Assembly: GCA_029978905.1 (NCBI GenBank)
Contig: JAPOIM010000012.1
Span: forward strand, 333 to 64,332
Direction: 5' to 3'
Source of the DNA: Planctomycetota bacterium
GTDB taxonomy: Bacteria > Planctomycetota > Planctomycetia > Pirellulales > UBA1268
Length of the DNA: 64,000 nucleotides
Positions 46,276 through 55,607 of this stretch are shown piece by piece (positions within the stretch are counted from its first letter, which is position 1; each line of letters opens with the position of its first letter). Made by a program: the position numbers and the translations under genes. Below the pieces are notes generated by a model. The model was not told the origin of the DNA and did not search any database. It worked only from the letters and a program-made list of their open reading frames with translations.

Positions 46276-48027
46276 ATGCCTTCACAACCACACGCTCATG
46301 ATCGTGATCCTTCTCGCCTTCGCTCCCAGCGGTGGTTTGCCCCGGACGACCTGCGGAGTTTCGGTCACCGGAGCCGCCTGCGGCAGATGGGCTACGCGGC
46401 TGACGAGGCCGAGGGGCGCCCCGTGATTGCGATCCTCAACTCGTGGAGCGATCTCTCGCAGTGCCACACCCACTTTCCCGAGCGGGTCGAAGACGTGAAG
46501 CGGGGCGTGTGGCAGGCGGGAGGGTTTCCCTTGGAGATCCCGGTGCTTGCCGTCTCGGAAATGTTCATGAAGCCGACGGCGATGTTCTATCGCAACCTGC
46601 TGGCGATGGAGGTGGAAGAGGTGCTCCGCAGCCATCCCGTGGATGCGGCGGTGTTGATGGGGGGCTGCGACAAGACGGTGCCAGGGCTGTTGATGGGGGC
46701 GATCTCGGCGGATCTGCCGGCGATCTTCATGCCGGCAGGACCGATGCTGGCGGGGAGGTATCGCGATCAGCGGCTCGGCAGCGGCACGGACGTCTGGAAG
46801 TACTGGGCGCAGCGGCAGGCAGGATGCTTGGAGCCGTGTGTCTGGCGGCAACTTGAGGAAGGCATCGCCCGCTCCGCAGGAACCTGCATGACGATGGGGA
46901 CGGCCTCGACGTTGGCGGCCGTGGCGGAGAGCCTCGGCATGACGCTTCCGGGTGCTTCCACCATTCCCGCCGTGCATTCAGCGCATGCCCGGATGGCCAG
47001 CCACTGCGGCCGGCGGATCGTGGAGATGGCCTGGGAAGACCTGAAGCCCTCGCGGATTCTCTCAGCGGCGGCGTTTGACAACGCGATCACTGCCGACATG
47101 GCGATCGCCGGATCGACCAACGCGATCGTGCATCTGTTGGCACTCGCGGGGCGGGCAGGTGTGTCGCTCACGCTCGATCACTTCGATGCGATCTCTCGCC
47201 GTACCCCGGTGGTGGCCAACCTCCGTCCCGCAGGTGAGTTTCTCATGGAAGATCTGCACGATGCGGGTGGGTTGCCGGCGGTGCTCTCGCGGATCTCTCA
47301 CCTCCTTTCTCTCGACTGTCTTACTGTCAACGGCCGCACGCTTGGCGAGAACATTGCCGGGGCGGAAGTGATCGATGAGCGCGTGATCAGGCCGCTTGAG
47401 AATCCGCTCTCACCGACCGGCGGCACGTGTGTCTTGCAAGGTTCGCTGGCACCCGACGGCTGTGTGATCAAGCCGACGGCCGCGGATCCACGGCTGCTGG
47501 CCCACACCGGCCGCGCGGTCGTGTTTGATTCCTACCCCGAGATGAAAGCTCGCATCGATGATCCTGCGAGCGGGATCACCGCCGACGATGTGCTCGTGCT
47601 ACGAAATGCGGGGCCGCTCGGTGGACCGGGCATGCCCGAGTGGGGCATGTTGCCGATCCCCAAGCCGCTGCTGGAGCAAGGTGTTCGCGACATGGTGCGG
47701 ATCAGCGATGCCCGCATGAGTGGCACAAGCTACGGCACGTGTGCGTTGCACGTGGCTCCCGAGGCGGCGGCGGGCGGTCCACTGGCTGTCGTGCAGACCG
47801 GCGACCTGATCCGCCTCGATGTGGAGGCCCGCCGGCTTGATCTGCTGGTCGATGAGGCCGAGATCGCTCGTCGTCTGGCTCTGTGGAAGCCGCCCGCACC
47901 GCGGACCGATCGTGGCTACGGCAGGCTCTACGCTGATGAGGTCACCCAGGCGAACCACGGCTGTGACTTCCGCTTTCTGGAGCGGGGTGCCGGTCCTGCT
48001 GCGGAACAGGAACCGGACATTTTCTAA
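46276..48027 (+). CDS. IlvD/Edd family sugar-acid dehydratase
   Basis: ATG at 46276, in frame with ORF 45646..48027. Motifs are PVIAILNSWSDLSQCHTHF, MGGCDKTVPGLLMGA (Fe-S ligand region), CMTMGTASTL, ISDARMSGTSYG and a C-terminus typical of the family. Confidence 0.88.
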   Translation: MPSQPHAHDRDPSRLRSQRWFAPDDLRSFGHRSRLRQMGYAADEAEGRPVIAILNSWSDLSQCHTHFPERVEDVKRGVWQAGGFPLEIPVLAVSEMFMKPTAMFYRNLLAMEVEEVLRSHPVDAAVLMGGCDKTVPGLLMGAISADLPAIFMPAGPMLAGRYRDQRLGSGTDVWKYWAQRQAGCLEPCVWRQLEEGIARSAGTCMTMGTASTLAAVAESLGMTLPGASTIPAVHSAHARMASHCGRRIVEMAWEDLKPSRILSAAAFDNAITADMAIAGSTNAIVHLLALAGRAGVSLTLDHFDAISRRTPVVANLRPAGEFLMEDLHDAGGLPAVLSRISHLLSLDCLTVNGRTLGENIAGAEVIDERVIRPLENPLSPTGGTCVLQGSLAPDGCVIKPTAADPRLLAHTGRAVVFDSYPEMKARIDDPASGITADDVLVLRNAGPLGGPGMPEWGMLPIPKPLLEQGVRDMVRISDARMSGTSYGTCALHVAPEAAAGGPLAVVQTGDLIRLDVEARRLDLLVDEAEIARRLALWKPPAPRTDRGYGRLYADEVTQANHGCDFRFLERGAGPAAEQEPDIF

Positions 48028-48149
48028 CACTCCGCTCGGGGCTGCAGGCCGTGGCGGGTCGCTTGCCGTTGGAGTGACAGCGAGTGATGGTATGGTGGTC
48101 AACCGCTCGCGGGAGTTGTACACCGCGGGCTTTCTCAGCAGGGTGGGTG

Positions 48150-49079
48150 ATGACCGCGACACAACCGTTTTCACTGGATGCCTTTGCCCGCTCGCCGATG
48201 GCGGTGCCGCCTCTCGCCCGTGATGCCGCGGGTGCCATCGATGAGGCTGCCAACGCTGCGATCATCAAGCACCTTGAGGCAGGGGGCGTGGAACTGCTGC
48301 TCTATGGCGGCAACGCAGTCTTCTATCACCTGCCGCTGGGCGAGTATGAGCCGGCGCTTGAGATGCTCGAGCGGGTGCCGGCGGCGACGACGCAGGTGGT
48401 GCCGTCGGTGGGGCCAACCTTTGGCCTGATGCTCGAGCACGCGAAGGTACTGCGGAACCACCGCTTTGCCACGGCAATGGTGCTGCCGCATCAGGGCATC
48501 ACCACCAGCAGTGGTGTGGCCACGGGCGTGCGGCGGTTTGTGGAGGCCGCAGGCATCCCGGCACTGCTGTACATCAAGCATGAGGGTTTCATTGAGCCGG
48601 AGGATGTGGCGGCGCTGTGTGCCGACGGGCTCATCTCAGCGATCAAGTATGCGATCGTTCGGCAGGATCCGGCGGAGGATGCCACCCTGCGGAGGCTCGT
48701 CGACCTGGTAGATCCGGCGATGGTGATCAGCGGGATTGGTGAGCAGCCGGCGATCGTGCACCTCCGCGATTTCGGGCTCGGCGGCTTCACGACCGGGTGT
48801 GGTTGCGTGGCGCCGCGATTGTCGGTTGCCCTGCGACAGGCCGCGGGTCGGGGAGCGTGGGAAGAAGCCGAACGCCTGCGACGAATCTTTGAACCGCTCG
48901 AAGATCTCCGCAACGCGATCAGCCCTATCTGCGTGCTCCACGAGGCCGTGGCGGCAGCAGGCGTGGCCTGCACGGGGCCCTTGCTCCCGCTGCTCGACCG
49001 TGTGGCGGCGGAGCACCAGCCGGCGATTGCCGCGGCAGCCCGGGCGCTGTTGCAGGAAGACGAGACACGTCATTCGTGA
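48150..49079 (+). CDS. dihydrodipicolinate synthase/N-acetylneuraminate lyase family protein (divergent; putative 2-keto-3-deoxy-sugar-acid aldolase)
   Basis: ATG at 48150. The protein shows a TIM-barrel DHDPS-like pattern. ALLYIKHEG is the Tyr region and ISAIKYAI may carry the Schiff-base Lys. YGGNAVFYHL replaces the usual GTTGE motif. Confidence 0.6.
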   Translation: MTATQPFSLDAFARSPMAVPPLARDAAGAIDEAANAAIIKHLEAGGVELLLYGGNAVFYHLPLGEYEPALEMLERVPAATTQVVPSVGPTFGLMLEHAKVLRNHRFATAMVLPHQGITTSSGVATGVRRFVEAAGIPALLYIKHEGFIEPEDVAALCADGLISAIKYAIVRQDPAEDATLRRLVDLVDPAMVISGIGEQPAIVHLRDFGLGGFTTGCGCVAPRLSVALRQAAGRGAWEEAERLRRIFEPLEDLRNAISPICVLHEAVAAAGVACTGPLLPLLDRVAAEHQPAIAAAARALLQEDETRHS

Positions 49080-49122
49080 CGCATGGCGATCATGCTCACG
49101 AGGCTTCTTTGAGGACCTTCGC

Positions 49123-50388
49123 ATGCTTCGGAACCTTGCTGCGCTCGCCGCCTCAGTGGCGCTCGTGCTTGTCTCGTGGGCCATGGCCCAGCCGACTTCA
49201 GCAGAAGACTGGCCGCAGTTTCTCGGGCCGATGAGAAATGGCACCTCAGCCGAAACCGGCCTGATCGCCTCTTTCCCGGAGAGTGGGCCAGAGGTCCTCT
49301 GGCGACAGCCGCTCGGGGTTGGGATGTCGTCGGTTGCGGTCTCGCAGGGAGTGGCCGTCACGCTCTTTCAGGATGAGACCCACCAGTATGTCGTGGCCTT
49401 TGATGCCGCCAGTGGCGCTCCGCGATGGCGCACGGCCGTGGCTCCCGCGTTTGAGAACGGGATGGGCCATGGTCCGCGGGCAACGCCCACGGTGGCGGGC
49501 GGGCTCGTGCACGTGTTGACCGGCGAGGGCGTGCTGACGCAACTCACGCTCGCCGATGGGAAGCAGAACTGGTCAGTCGATGTGCCCGCGAGCCTCGGTG
49601 GAAAGCCCGCGGAGTATGGAGTGGCCTGTTCGCCGGTGGTGGCCGACGGCCTCGTGATCGTCCAAGCCGGCTGCCCTCAGGCTGCGGTCGCGGCCTGGGA
49701 TCATGCGAGCGGTGAACTTCGGTGGAAGGCGGGCGCGGGGAAGGCCGGGTATTCGTCACCGCTGCTGACAACGCTTGCCGGTCGCCCGCAGCTCGTCGTG
49801 TTTGATGCGACGGGTGCTTCTGGTCTTGATCCTAAGACAGGAGACGTCTTGTGGGGCTTTCCCTTTCCCACGGACTACGACTGCAACATCGCCACGCCGG
49901 TTCCGCTCAGCGACCGAGACGTGTTGATCTCGGCAGGTGAAAACCACGGGTCGGTTTTGCTGACAATCGAGGCGAATGGATCCGGACTCGAGGCGACGCC
50001 ACGCTGGTCGTCACTTGGCGTGAGCAGTCAGTTGCGTGCCGAATGGCAGACGCCGGTCGTGCACGAAGGCTATCTCTATGGGCTCGACAATCAGGGGAGT
50101 GCAGGGCCGATCACAAATCTTGTCTGCATCCGGCTGTCTGATTGGACAACGATGTGGAAACAGAATCGCTTCGGAAAGAGCAACCTGATCCTGGCCGACG
50201 GACACCTGTGGATTTCCACGATGAAGGGCGAACTCGTGTTGGTGGCGGCGAGCCCTGAGGGCTATCAGGAAGTTTCTCGCTGCACCCTGATCGAAACCAC
50301 CCGGCAGGCCCCGGTGATCGCCAACGGCAGGCTCTATCTTCGTGACGATCACGAAGTCGTGTGCGTGCGTGTGCGTGCTGGGGAATAA
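49123..50388 (+). CDS. PQQ-like (BamB-like) beta-propeller repeat protein, secreted
   Basis: ATG at 49123. The signal is LAALAASVALVLVSWAMA, followed by WPQFLGPMRNG. It is a paralogue of 10823..12106 and 59399..60667. Confidence 0.75.
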   Translation: MLRNLAALAASVALVLVSWAMAQPTSAEDWPQFLGPMRNGTSAETGLIASFPESGPEVLWRQPLGVGMSSVAVSQGVAVTLFQDETHQYVVAFDAASGAPRWRTAVAPAFENGMGHGPRATPTVAGGLVHVLTGEGVLTQLTLADGKQNWSVDVPASLGGKPAEYGVACSPVVADGLVIVQAGCPQAAVAAWDHASGELRWKAGAGKAGYSSPLLTTLAGRPQLVVFDATGASGLDPKTGDVLWGFPFPTDYDCNIATPVPLSDRDVLISAGENHGSVLLTIEANGSGLEATPRWSSLGVSSQLRAEWQTPVVHEGYLYGLDNQGSAGPITNLVCIRLSDWTTMWKQNRFGKSNLILADGHLWISTMKGELVLVAASPEGYQEVSRCTLIETTRQAPVIANGRLYLRDDHEVVCVRVRAGE

Positions 50389-50406
50389 CGCCGCGAGGCG
50401 TGTTTT
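50388..50406 (+). terminator. small intrinsic terminator candidate
   Basis: ACGCC-GCGA-GGCGT, a 5-bp stem with a tetraloop, is followed by GTTTT and overlaps the stop codon of the propeller gene. Confidence 0.35.
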
Positions 50407-50477
50407 CCCGCAGCGCAGATGCTATCGTCATGGCAGGCCGCATGCCGCGGTCGTGAACTTCTCGTGAGAGTGATGCC

Positions 50478-53066
50478 ATGAGTCTTGTCGGACACGTCAT
50501 CGGTTCTTTCGGTCAGCGAGTGTTGCTCGTTGCGTGCCTCTTCTGCAGTGTGGCGGGATACGCTGCTGTGGCGTTGGCGGCTGATGCCCCCAACACGCTT
50601 TCCGCGGCCGAATCGCGGCTTGGCTGGAAACTGCTCTTTGACGGCGACTCGCTCAAAGGCTTTCGCGGCTACCGAAAAGACGAACCTGGCAGCGGCTGGG
50701 CGGTGGAGGACGGCCTGCTTGTCCGCAAGGCTGCCGGAGCCGGCGACCTGATCACCCGCGACGAGTTTGACAGCTTTGAACTGCAGCTCGAATACCGCAT
50801 CACGCCCGGTGGCAACAGCGGCCTGATGTTTCATGTCACCGAAGACAGCGACAAGCCCTGGCACAGTGGGCCTGAGGTGCAGATTATCGACAACGTCGAT
50901 GGGAAGGATGCTCAAAAAGCAGGCTGGCTCTACCAACTCTATCAGCCGGCGAAGCCACGCTGGGTGGCCGCGTTCGAGCAGCGGGCCGGCCTTGTCAGTG
51001 GCGACACCTACGATGCCACACGGCCGGCTGGTGAATGGAATCATCTCTACCTGCGGGTCACGCCCCAAGCAGGCGAGGTCTGCCTCAACGGTGTGAAGTA
51101 CTACAACTTTGTGATTGGTTCTGACGACTGGAATCGACGCGTTGCGGAGAGCAAGTTTGCGAAGTTTGAGGGCTTCGCAAAGGCTGGTCGTGGGCACATC
51201 GTGCTACAAGACCACGGTGACGAGGTCGCCTTTCGGTCGATCAAAGTGCGACCATTGCCGGAGGGAGAGGCGACGCGTCCGGTTGATGTCAAGATGGCCG
51301 TCACCACGGAGCCAGCGTTTCCCGATATCGAGTGGGAGGGCTGGTCGCCCACGGGCGACAATGGCCGACCCGCGCAGCCGCTGAGGCCGTTGCTCGTCAC
51401 ACACGCCGGCGATGGCAGCGGCCGGCGGTTTGTGCTCGATCAATCCGGCATGGTGCACGTGATCCCCAAGGGAGAGGCCAAGAAAGCCTCCCTCTTTCTG
51501 GATCTGCGGCCACAAACGGCGCCCTGGGGCAAAGCCAACGAAGAGGGTCTGCTCGGCCTTGCCTTCCATCCAAACTTCAAGGAGAACGGCGAGTTCTTCC
51601 TCTGCTATTCGGTGAAGCCGGAGGAAGATCCTGCCGTGCGACGCGAGCATGTGTCGCGTTTTCGCGTCAGCAAAGACGACCCCAACAAGGCAGATCCCGC
51701 CAGTGAAGAGGTGGTGATCACGTTTGAGCAGCCGTTTGAGAATCACAACGGTGGTTCCATCACCTTCGGCACCGATGGCTATCTCTATGTTGGGCTGGGG
51801 GACGGAGGCAGCGCGAACGATCCGCTGGGCAACGGTCAAAACCTTGCCAACCTGAGCGGGTCGGTGGTCCGCATCGACGTCGACCACAAGGATCCTGGCC
51901 TCGCCTACGCGATTCCCTCCGATAATCCGTTTAGGGATGTGGAGGGTGCCCGGCCTGAGATCTTCGCGTACGGCTTCCGCAACATCTGGCAGATCTCCTG
52001 CGATCCAGAAACGGGGCACATCTGGGTCGGGGACGTGGGGCAGGATCTCTGGGAAGAGGTCAACATCGTTGAGAACGGCGGCAACTACGGGTGGTCCATC
52101 CGCGAAGGCACGCAGCCCTTTAGTGGTGTGGTGTCGCATGCGGCCACCGTTGATCCCGTGTGGGTTTATGACCACCGTGAAGGCAAGTCGATCACCGGCG
52201 GCCATGTCTATCACGGCAAGGAGATCCCGGCGCTCGCAGGCCGATATGTGTTTGGCGACTACGTGTCGGGCCGCGTCTGGGGCCTGAAGCTCGATCCCGA
52301 GACGGGCAAGGCCGATAACCAAGAGATCTCGTGGAACGGTTTGCCCGTCTACGGCTTCGGCACCGACGAAGACGGTGAGATGTATGTCACCACCGCATCG
52401 CCAGCGGGGCAGGGCGTGTTTCGCCTTGTCAGCGACACCTCCGTGGTGCCTGTGGGTATCAACAAGGATTTTCTCGATCCTGAGCTCGACGCAGAAGCAT
52501 GGATGAAGCGGTTCGAGGTGGAGAGCCGCGAGGTGTTTGCCGGGCGGGTCGAAGTGATGAAAGCTCTCGGCCTTGAGGCTGGCGACCGCATCGCTGACAT
52601 CGGCAGTGGCACAGGGCTCTACCTCTCGGCGTTTTCCGAGGCCGTGGGCAAGGAAGGTCGCGTCTCTGCGGTCGACATTTCGCCGAAGTTCATCGAGTTC
52701 ATCCGTCGTCGGATTGTTGATGAAAACCTTGAGAACGTGCGGGTCGTGCCCTCGACCGAGCACTCAGCGTCGTTGGCAGCAGAGAGCGTCGACCACGTCT
52801 TCATCTGTGACACCTACCACCACTTCACGTACTACGGCGAGATGCTGGAGTCGATTCGCGAAGGGCTTGCTCCCGGCGGGCAGTTGGTGGTGATCGACTT
52901 CGAACGGATTCCTGGCACGTCCCGCGAATGGCTGCTGACGCATGTGCGGGCTGGCAAGGATCAAGTGCGGGCCGAGATCGAGCAGGCCGGCTTCAAGTTT
53001 GTCGAAGAGGTCGAGGTGCCGGCGTTTGCAGAGAACTACCTGCTGCGGTTCCGCAAGGCTGGGTAA
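50478..53066 (+). CDS. exported tri-domain fusion: DUF1080 (3-keto-disaccharide hydrolase-like) + PQQ-dependent sugar dehydrogenase (GSDH/YliI-like) + class I SAM-dependent methyltransferase
   Basis: The signal is VLLVACLFCSVAGYAAVALAA. DUF1080 motifs are LGWKLLFDGDSLKGFRGY...NSGLMFHV...GHIVLQDHGDEVAFRSIKV. GSDH motifs are GLLGLAFHPNF, HNGGSITFGTDGYLYVGLGDGG and AYGFRNIWQISCDP. The methyltransferase motif I is RIADIGSGTGLY, with VFICDTYHHF downstream. Confidence 0.8.
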   Translation: MSLVGHVIGSFGQRVLLVACLFCSVAGYAAVALAADAPNTLSAAESRLGWKLLFDGDSLKGFRGYRKDEPGSGWAVEDGLLVRKAAGAGDLITRDEFDSFELQLEYRITPGGNSGLMFHVTEDSDKPWHSGPEVQIIDNVDGKDAQKAGWLYQLYQPAKPRWVAAFEQRAGLVSGDTYDATRPAGEWNHLYLRVTPQAGEVCLNGVKYYNFVIGSDDWNRRVAESKFAKFEGFAKAGRGHIVLQDHGDEVAFRSIKVRPLPEGEATRPVDVKMAVTTEPAFPDIEWEGWSPTGDNGRPAQPLRPLLVTHAGDGSGRRFVLDQSGMVHVIPKGEAKKASLFLDLRPQTAPWGKANEEGLLGLAFHPNFKENGEFFLCYSVKPEEDPAVRREHVSRFRVSKDDPNKADPASEEVVITFEQPFENHNGGSITFGTDGYLYVGLGDGGSANDPLGNGQNLANLSGSVVRIDVDHKDPGLAYAIPSDNPFRDVEGARPEIFAYGFRNIWQISCDPETGHIWVGDVGQDLWEEVNIVENGGNYGWSIREGTQPFSGVVSHAATVDPVWVYDHREGKSITGGHVYHGKEIPALAGRYVFGDYVSGRVWGLKLDPETGKADNQEISWNGLPVYGFGTDEDGEMYVTTASPAGQGVFRLVSDTSVVPVGINKDFLDPELDAEAWMKRFEVESREVFAGRVEVMKALGLEAGDRIADIGSGTGLYLSAFSEAVGKEGRVSAVDISPKFIEFIRRRIVDENLENVRVVPSTEHSASLAAESVDHVFICDTYHHFTYYGEMLESIREGLAPGGQLVVIDFERIPGTSREWLLTHVRAGKDQVRAEIEQAGFKFVEEVEVPAFAENYLLRFRKAG

Positions 53067-53085
53067 GCGAATCGTCACTCGCACC

Positions 53086-54042
53086 CTAGCTCGCTGCGGT
53101 GCCTTGCCAAACATACACGCCGATGGCGGCGGTCATCAGGGCTGCCGCGATGATGCGTTTGAGCAGCATTCTGCGGTCCACCCGGCTCTCGAGTTCGTGC
53201 CAGCCATGGTGGGCGAGTATGGCGCCAAGCACGACCGACATGATGCCGCGGGTCGACTGCAGGATCGTGCTGAGGATCACGCCGACACTGCCGATGCAGG
53301 CGTACAGCGTGACCATCGCTCCCATCCAGGCCGCTGAATACTGCATCGCCGCAAGCCAGTCTTTTTTTTCGGGCGCTGGCCGTCGCCTGTATTCGGCCAC
53401 CGCAAAGGGAAACATGATCACGCCGCCGAGCACGTAGGTCATCGACATCGCTATCGTTCCCGCCCGCAAGCGGCTGACGGTGAGCTCGGTTTCGAGACCG
53501 TCGATCAAAGACACGATTTCCAGGTCGGCAACTGCGAAGCCAAAACAGGCCAGGGCGAGCATCCCCAAGACATGGAGGTGAACACCCGAGCGTCCTTGCT
53601 GAAGCACAATTGCCGCGGCTCCGCAGAGCACGATCGCGAGCCACTGCATCGGAGCAAGGGAACGCTGCACAACCACCGTGAGCAGGAGGGCTTGGGCCAC
53701 AATCTTCAGGCCGAGCAGCGGGGACAGCCGCGAGGCATCGGCGCGCGTCAGCAGGTGAAATAGGCAAGCCTGCCCACCGAAGTAGCTCAGCGTTGAGATC
53801 AGGCAGGGCAGCCAGACTGCGGGAACGGTGAAGGCCGAGACGCTCTCGGCTGAGGGGAGCAGTTGCCAGGTGACGGGCACGCAACCGAGGCCCATGAGCA
53901 GGTGGGCCAGCACCAGCAGCCGACGGCTCCCTCCGGGACGGCGAGTGCCGTGGTGCCGGGAGATCAGGTAGGAGATGGAACTGAAGAAGGCAGCAGCCAG
54001 GCCGGCCGCCATGCCGAAGGCGAGTGGGGTCACGAGCGGCAT
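53086..54042 (-). CDS. DMT superfamily (EamA-like) transporter
   Basis: 318 aa with about 10 hydrophobic helices arranged in two similar halves. ATG at 54042. No soluble domain is present. Confidence 0.6.
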   Translation of the reverse strand: MPLVTPLAFGMAAGLAAAFFSSISYLISRHHGTRRPGGSRRLLVLAHLLMGLGCVPVTWQLLPSAESVSAFTVPAVWLPCLISTLSYFGGQACLFHLLTRADASRLSPLLGLKIVAQALLLTVVVQRSLAPMQWLAIVLCGAAAIVLQQGRSGVHLHVLGMLALACFGFAVADLEIVSLIDGLETELTVSRLRAGTIAMSMTYVLGGVIMFPFAVAEYRRRPAPEKKDWLAAMQYSAAWMGAMVTLYACIGSVGVILSTILQSTRGIMSVVLGAILAHHGWHELESRVDRRMLLKRIIAAALMTAAIGVYVWQGTAAS

Positions 54043-54197
54043 GCTACTCGACAGCGGATTTTCACCAAGCGTCGCTGCGGATCGCCGTGAGATGCGAGCA
54101 CCTAGGAACCAGGCGTACCAGCGTCTGACGGTGGAGTGCTACGATAGATGCCTGGTTTGGGGAGTCGACGTTTTCCTATCGAGCACAGGGAGTAATC

Positions 54198-55529
54198 ATG
54201 GTCAGTCTGCCGAATGCCGTGTGGCGTTGTGGAAGTTTGCTCAGCGCTCTGACTGTCTTGTTGCTCCTTGGCTGCGATGGCGGCGGAAAGCCAGCGACGA
54301 GCACCCAGCCCGCGGCAGTTCAGGGACCACCCCCAGTGGTGCCCGGCGTGCCCATGGAGCAAAGGCAGCGACCGCCCAGCCAGCCCCGTTCGCGAGGCGA
54401 GGTGGCGGCGGAGGCTGTGCCTGCAACCCCAGCGATCCCCGCCACACCGCTGGTGCCTGCGAAGCCGCTGCCGCCCCGTTCATCCGAGTCGGTCGCTGTC
54501 ACGCCTCTGGGGATTGGCGACGCGGCCCCTCCGCTGTCGATTGCCACGTGGGTCACGGGCGATGCGGTGGAAGGTTTCGAGGCGGGCGGTGTGACCGTGG
54601 TGGAGTTTTGGGCGACCTGGTGTGGACCCTGCCTCGCGAGCATGCCGCACATCAGTGAACTGCAGAAGCAGTACGGCGATGCGGTGCGATTTATCGGCGT
54701 GACTCGCGAAGAACGTGACGTCGTCGATACTTTTCTCGCGAAAGAGCAGCGCGAAGGAGCGACCTGGGCTGAGGTAATCACCTACCGCTTGGTGATTGAC
54801 GAAAGCGATGCCACGAACAACGCCTACATGCGGGCTGCCGGGCAGAACGGCATCCCCTGTGCCTTCATCGTGGGGAAGACCGGGTTGGTGGAGTGGATTG
54901 GCCATCCGATGCAGATCGATGGCCCGCTCGAGGCCATCGTCAATGACAGCTACGACCGCGCGGCCGCGGTCGCCGAGTTCGCTGCCCAACAGCGTCTCGA
55001 GAGCAAGCAGCAAGAACTGTTCTCGCTCCAGAGGGAAGAGAAGTGGGACGAGGCATTGGCCGTGGTTGCAGAGCTTCAGGAGGAACTTGGGCCGGTACCG
55101 GGCCTGATGAGTCTGAAACTTCGGCTGCTGACCGCGGCATCACGAAGCGACGAGGCCTCCACTCTGCGTGGCGAAATGGTGGAGTCAAACTGGGACGAGC
55201 CCCAGCTGCTCAACGAACTTGCCTGGACCACGGCCCTCGGCCAGGAGGTGACGGCAGCCGATCTTGAGATCGCCCTCAAGGCCGCCACCCGGGCCGCCGA
55301 ACTGACCGACCACGCCGACGCAAGCATCCTCGACACGCTTGCTCGCGTGTACTACGAGCAGGGCGACCTCGACCAAGCGATTTCCTGGCAAGAGAAGGCC
55401 GTCGAGTACGCGGACGGTAACGCGTCGATAAAAGACACGCTCGAGGCGTACCGAGCGGAGCGTGATGGTACCGGCAGCGCCGAGCAGTTGTTGGAGGGCG
55501 GAGCCACGGTTGAAGTTGAGGTCCGTTAG
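54198..55529 (+). CDS. thioredoxin-fold lipoprotein (TlpA-like, WCGPC) with C-terminal TPR-like domain
   Basis: ATG at 54198 follows CAGGGAG. The lipobox is VLLLLGC. VVEFWATWCGPCLASMPHI is the thioredoxin active site. The helical C-terminal half (ILDTLARVYYEQGDLDQAISWQEKAVEY) is TPR-like. Confidence 0.8.
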   Translation: MVSLPNAVWRCGSLLSALTVLLLLGCDGGGKPATSTQPAAVQGPPPVVPGVPMEQRQRPPSQPRSRGEVAAEAVPATPAIPATPLVPAKPLPPRSSESVAVTPLGIGDAAPPLSIATWVTGDAVEGFEAGGVTVVEFWATWCGPCLASMPHISELQKQYGDAVRFIGVTREERDVVDTFLAKEQREGATWAEVITYRLVIDESDATNNAYMRAAGQNGIPCAFIVGKTGLVEWIGHPMQIDGPLEAIVNDSYDRAAAVAEFAAQQRLESKQQELFSLQREEKWDEALAVVAELQEELGPVPGLMSLKLRLLTAASRSDEASTLRGEMVESNWDEPQLLNELAWTTALGQEVTAADLEIALKAATRAAELTDHADASILDTLARVYYEQGDLDQAISWQEKAVEYADGNASIKDTLEAYRAERDGTGSAEQLLEGGATVEVEVR

Positions 55530-55607
55530 CCGGCGGCAGCTTGCGGAACTCGGGGACGAGAGAGACGAGACGACTGTCGAGGCTGAACGCGAGTGAGTAG
55601 ACCTTTC

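Noticed and set aside
50358-50380. GTGCGT microrepeat (gtgtgcgtgcgtgtgcgtgctg)
   Set aside because: It lies inside the propeller CDS and encodes VCVRVRAGE. It is short, imperfect and in-frame, with no sign of phase-variable length or other function.
50349-52763. Minus-strand ORFs 50349..51197 (282 aa) and 51204..52763 (519 aa) antisense to the tri-domain fusion gene
   Set aside because: The sense strand has DUF1080, GSDH and methyltransferase motifs in one continuous frame. The antisense frames lack any recognisable features.
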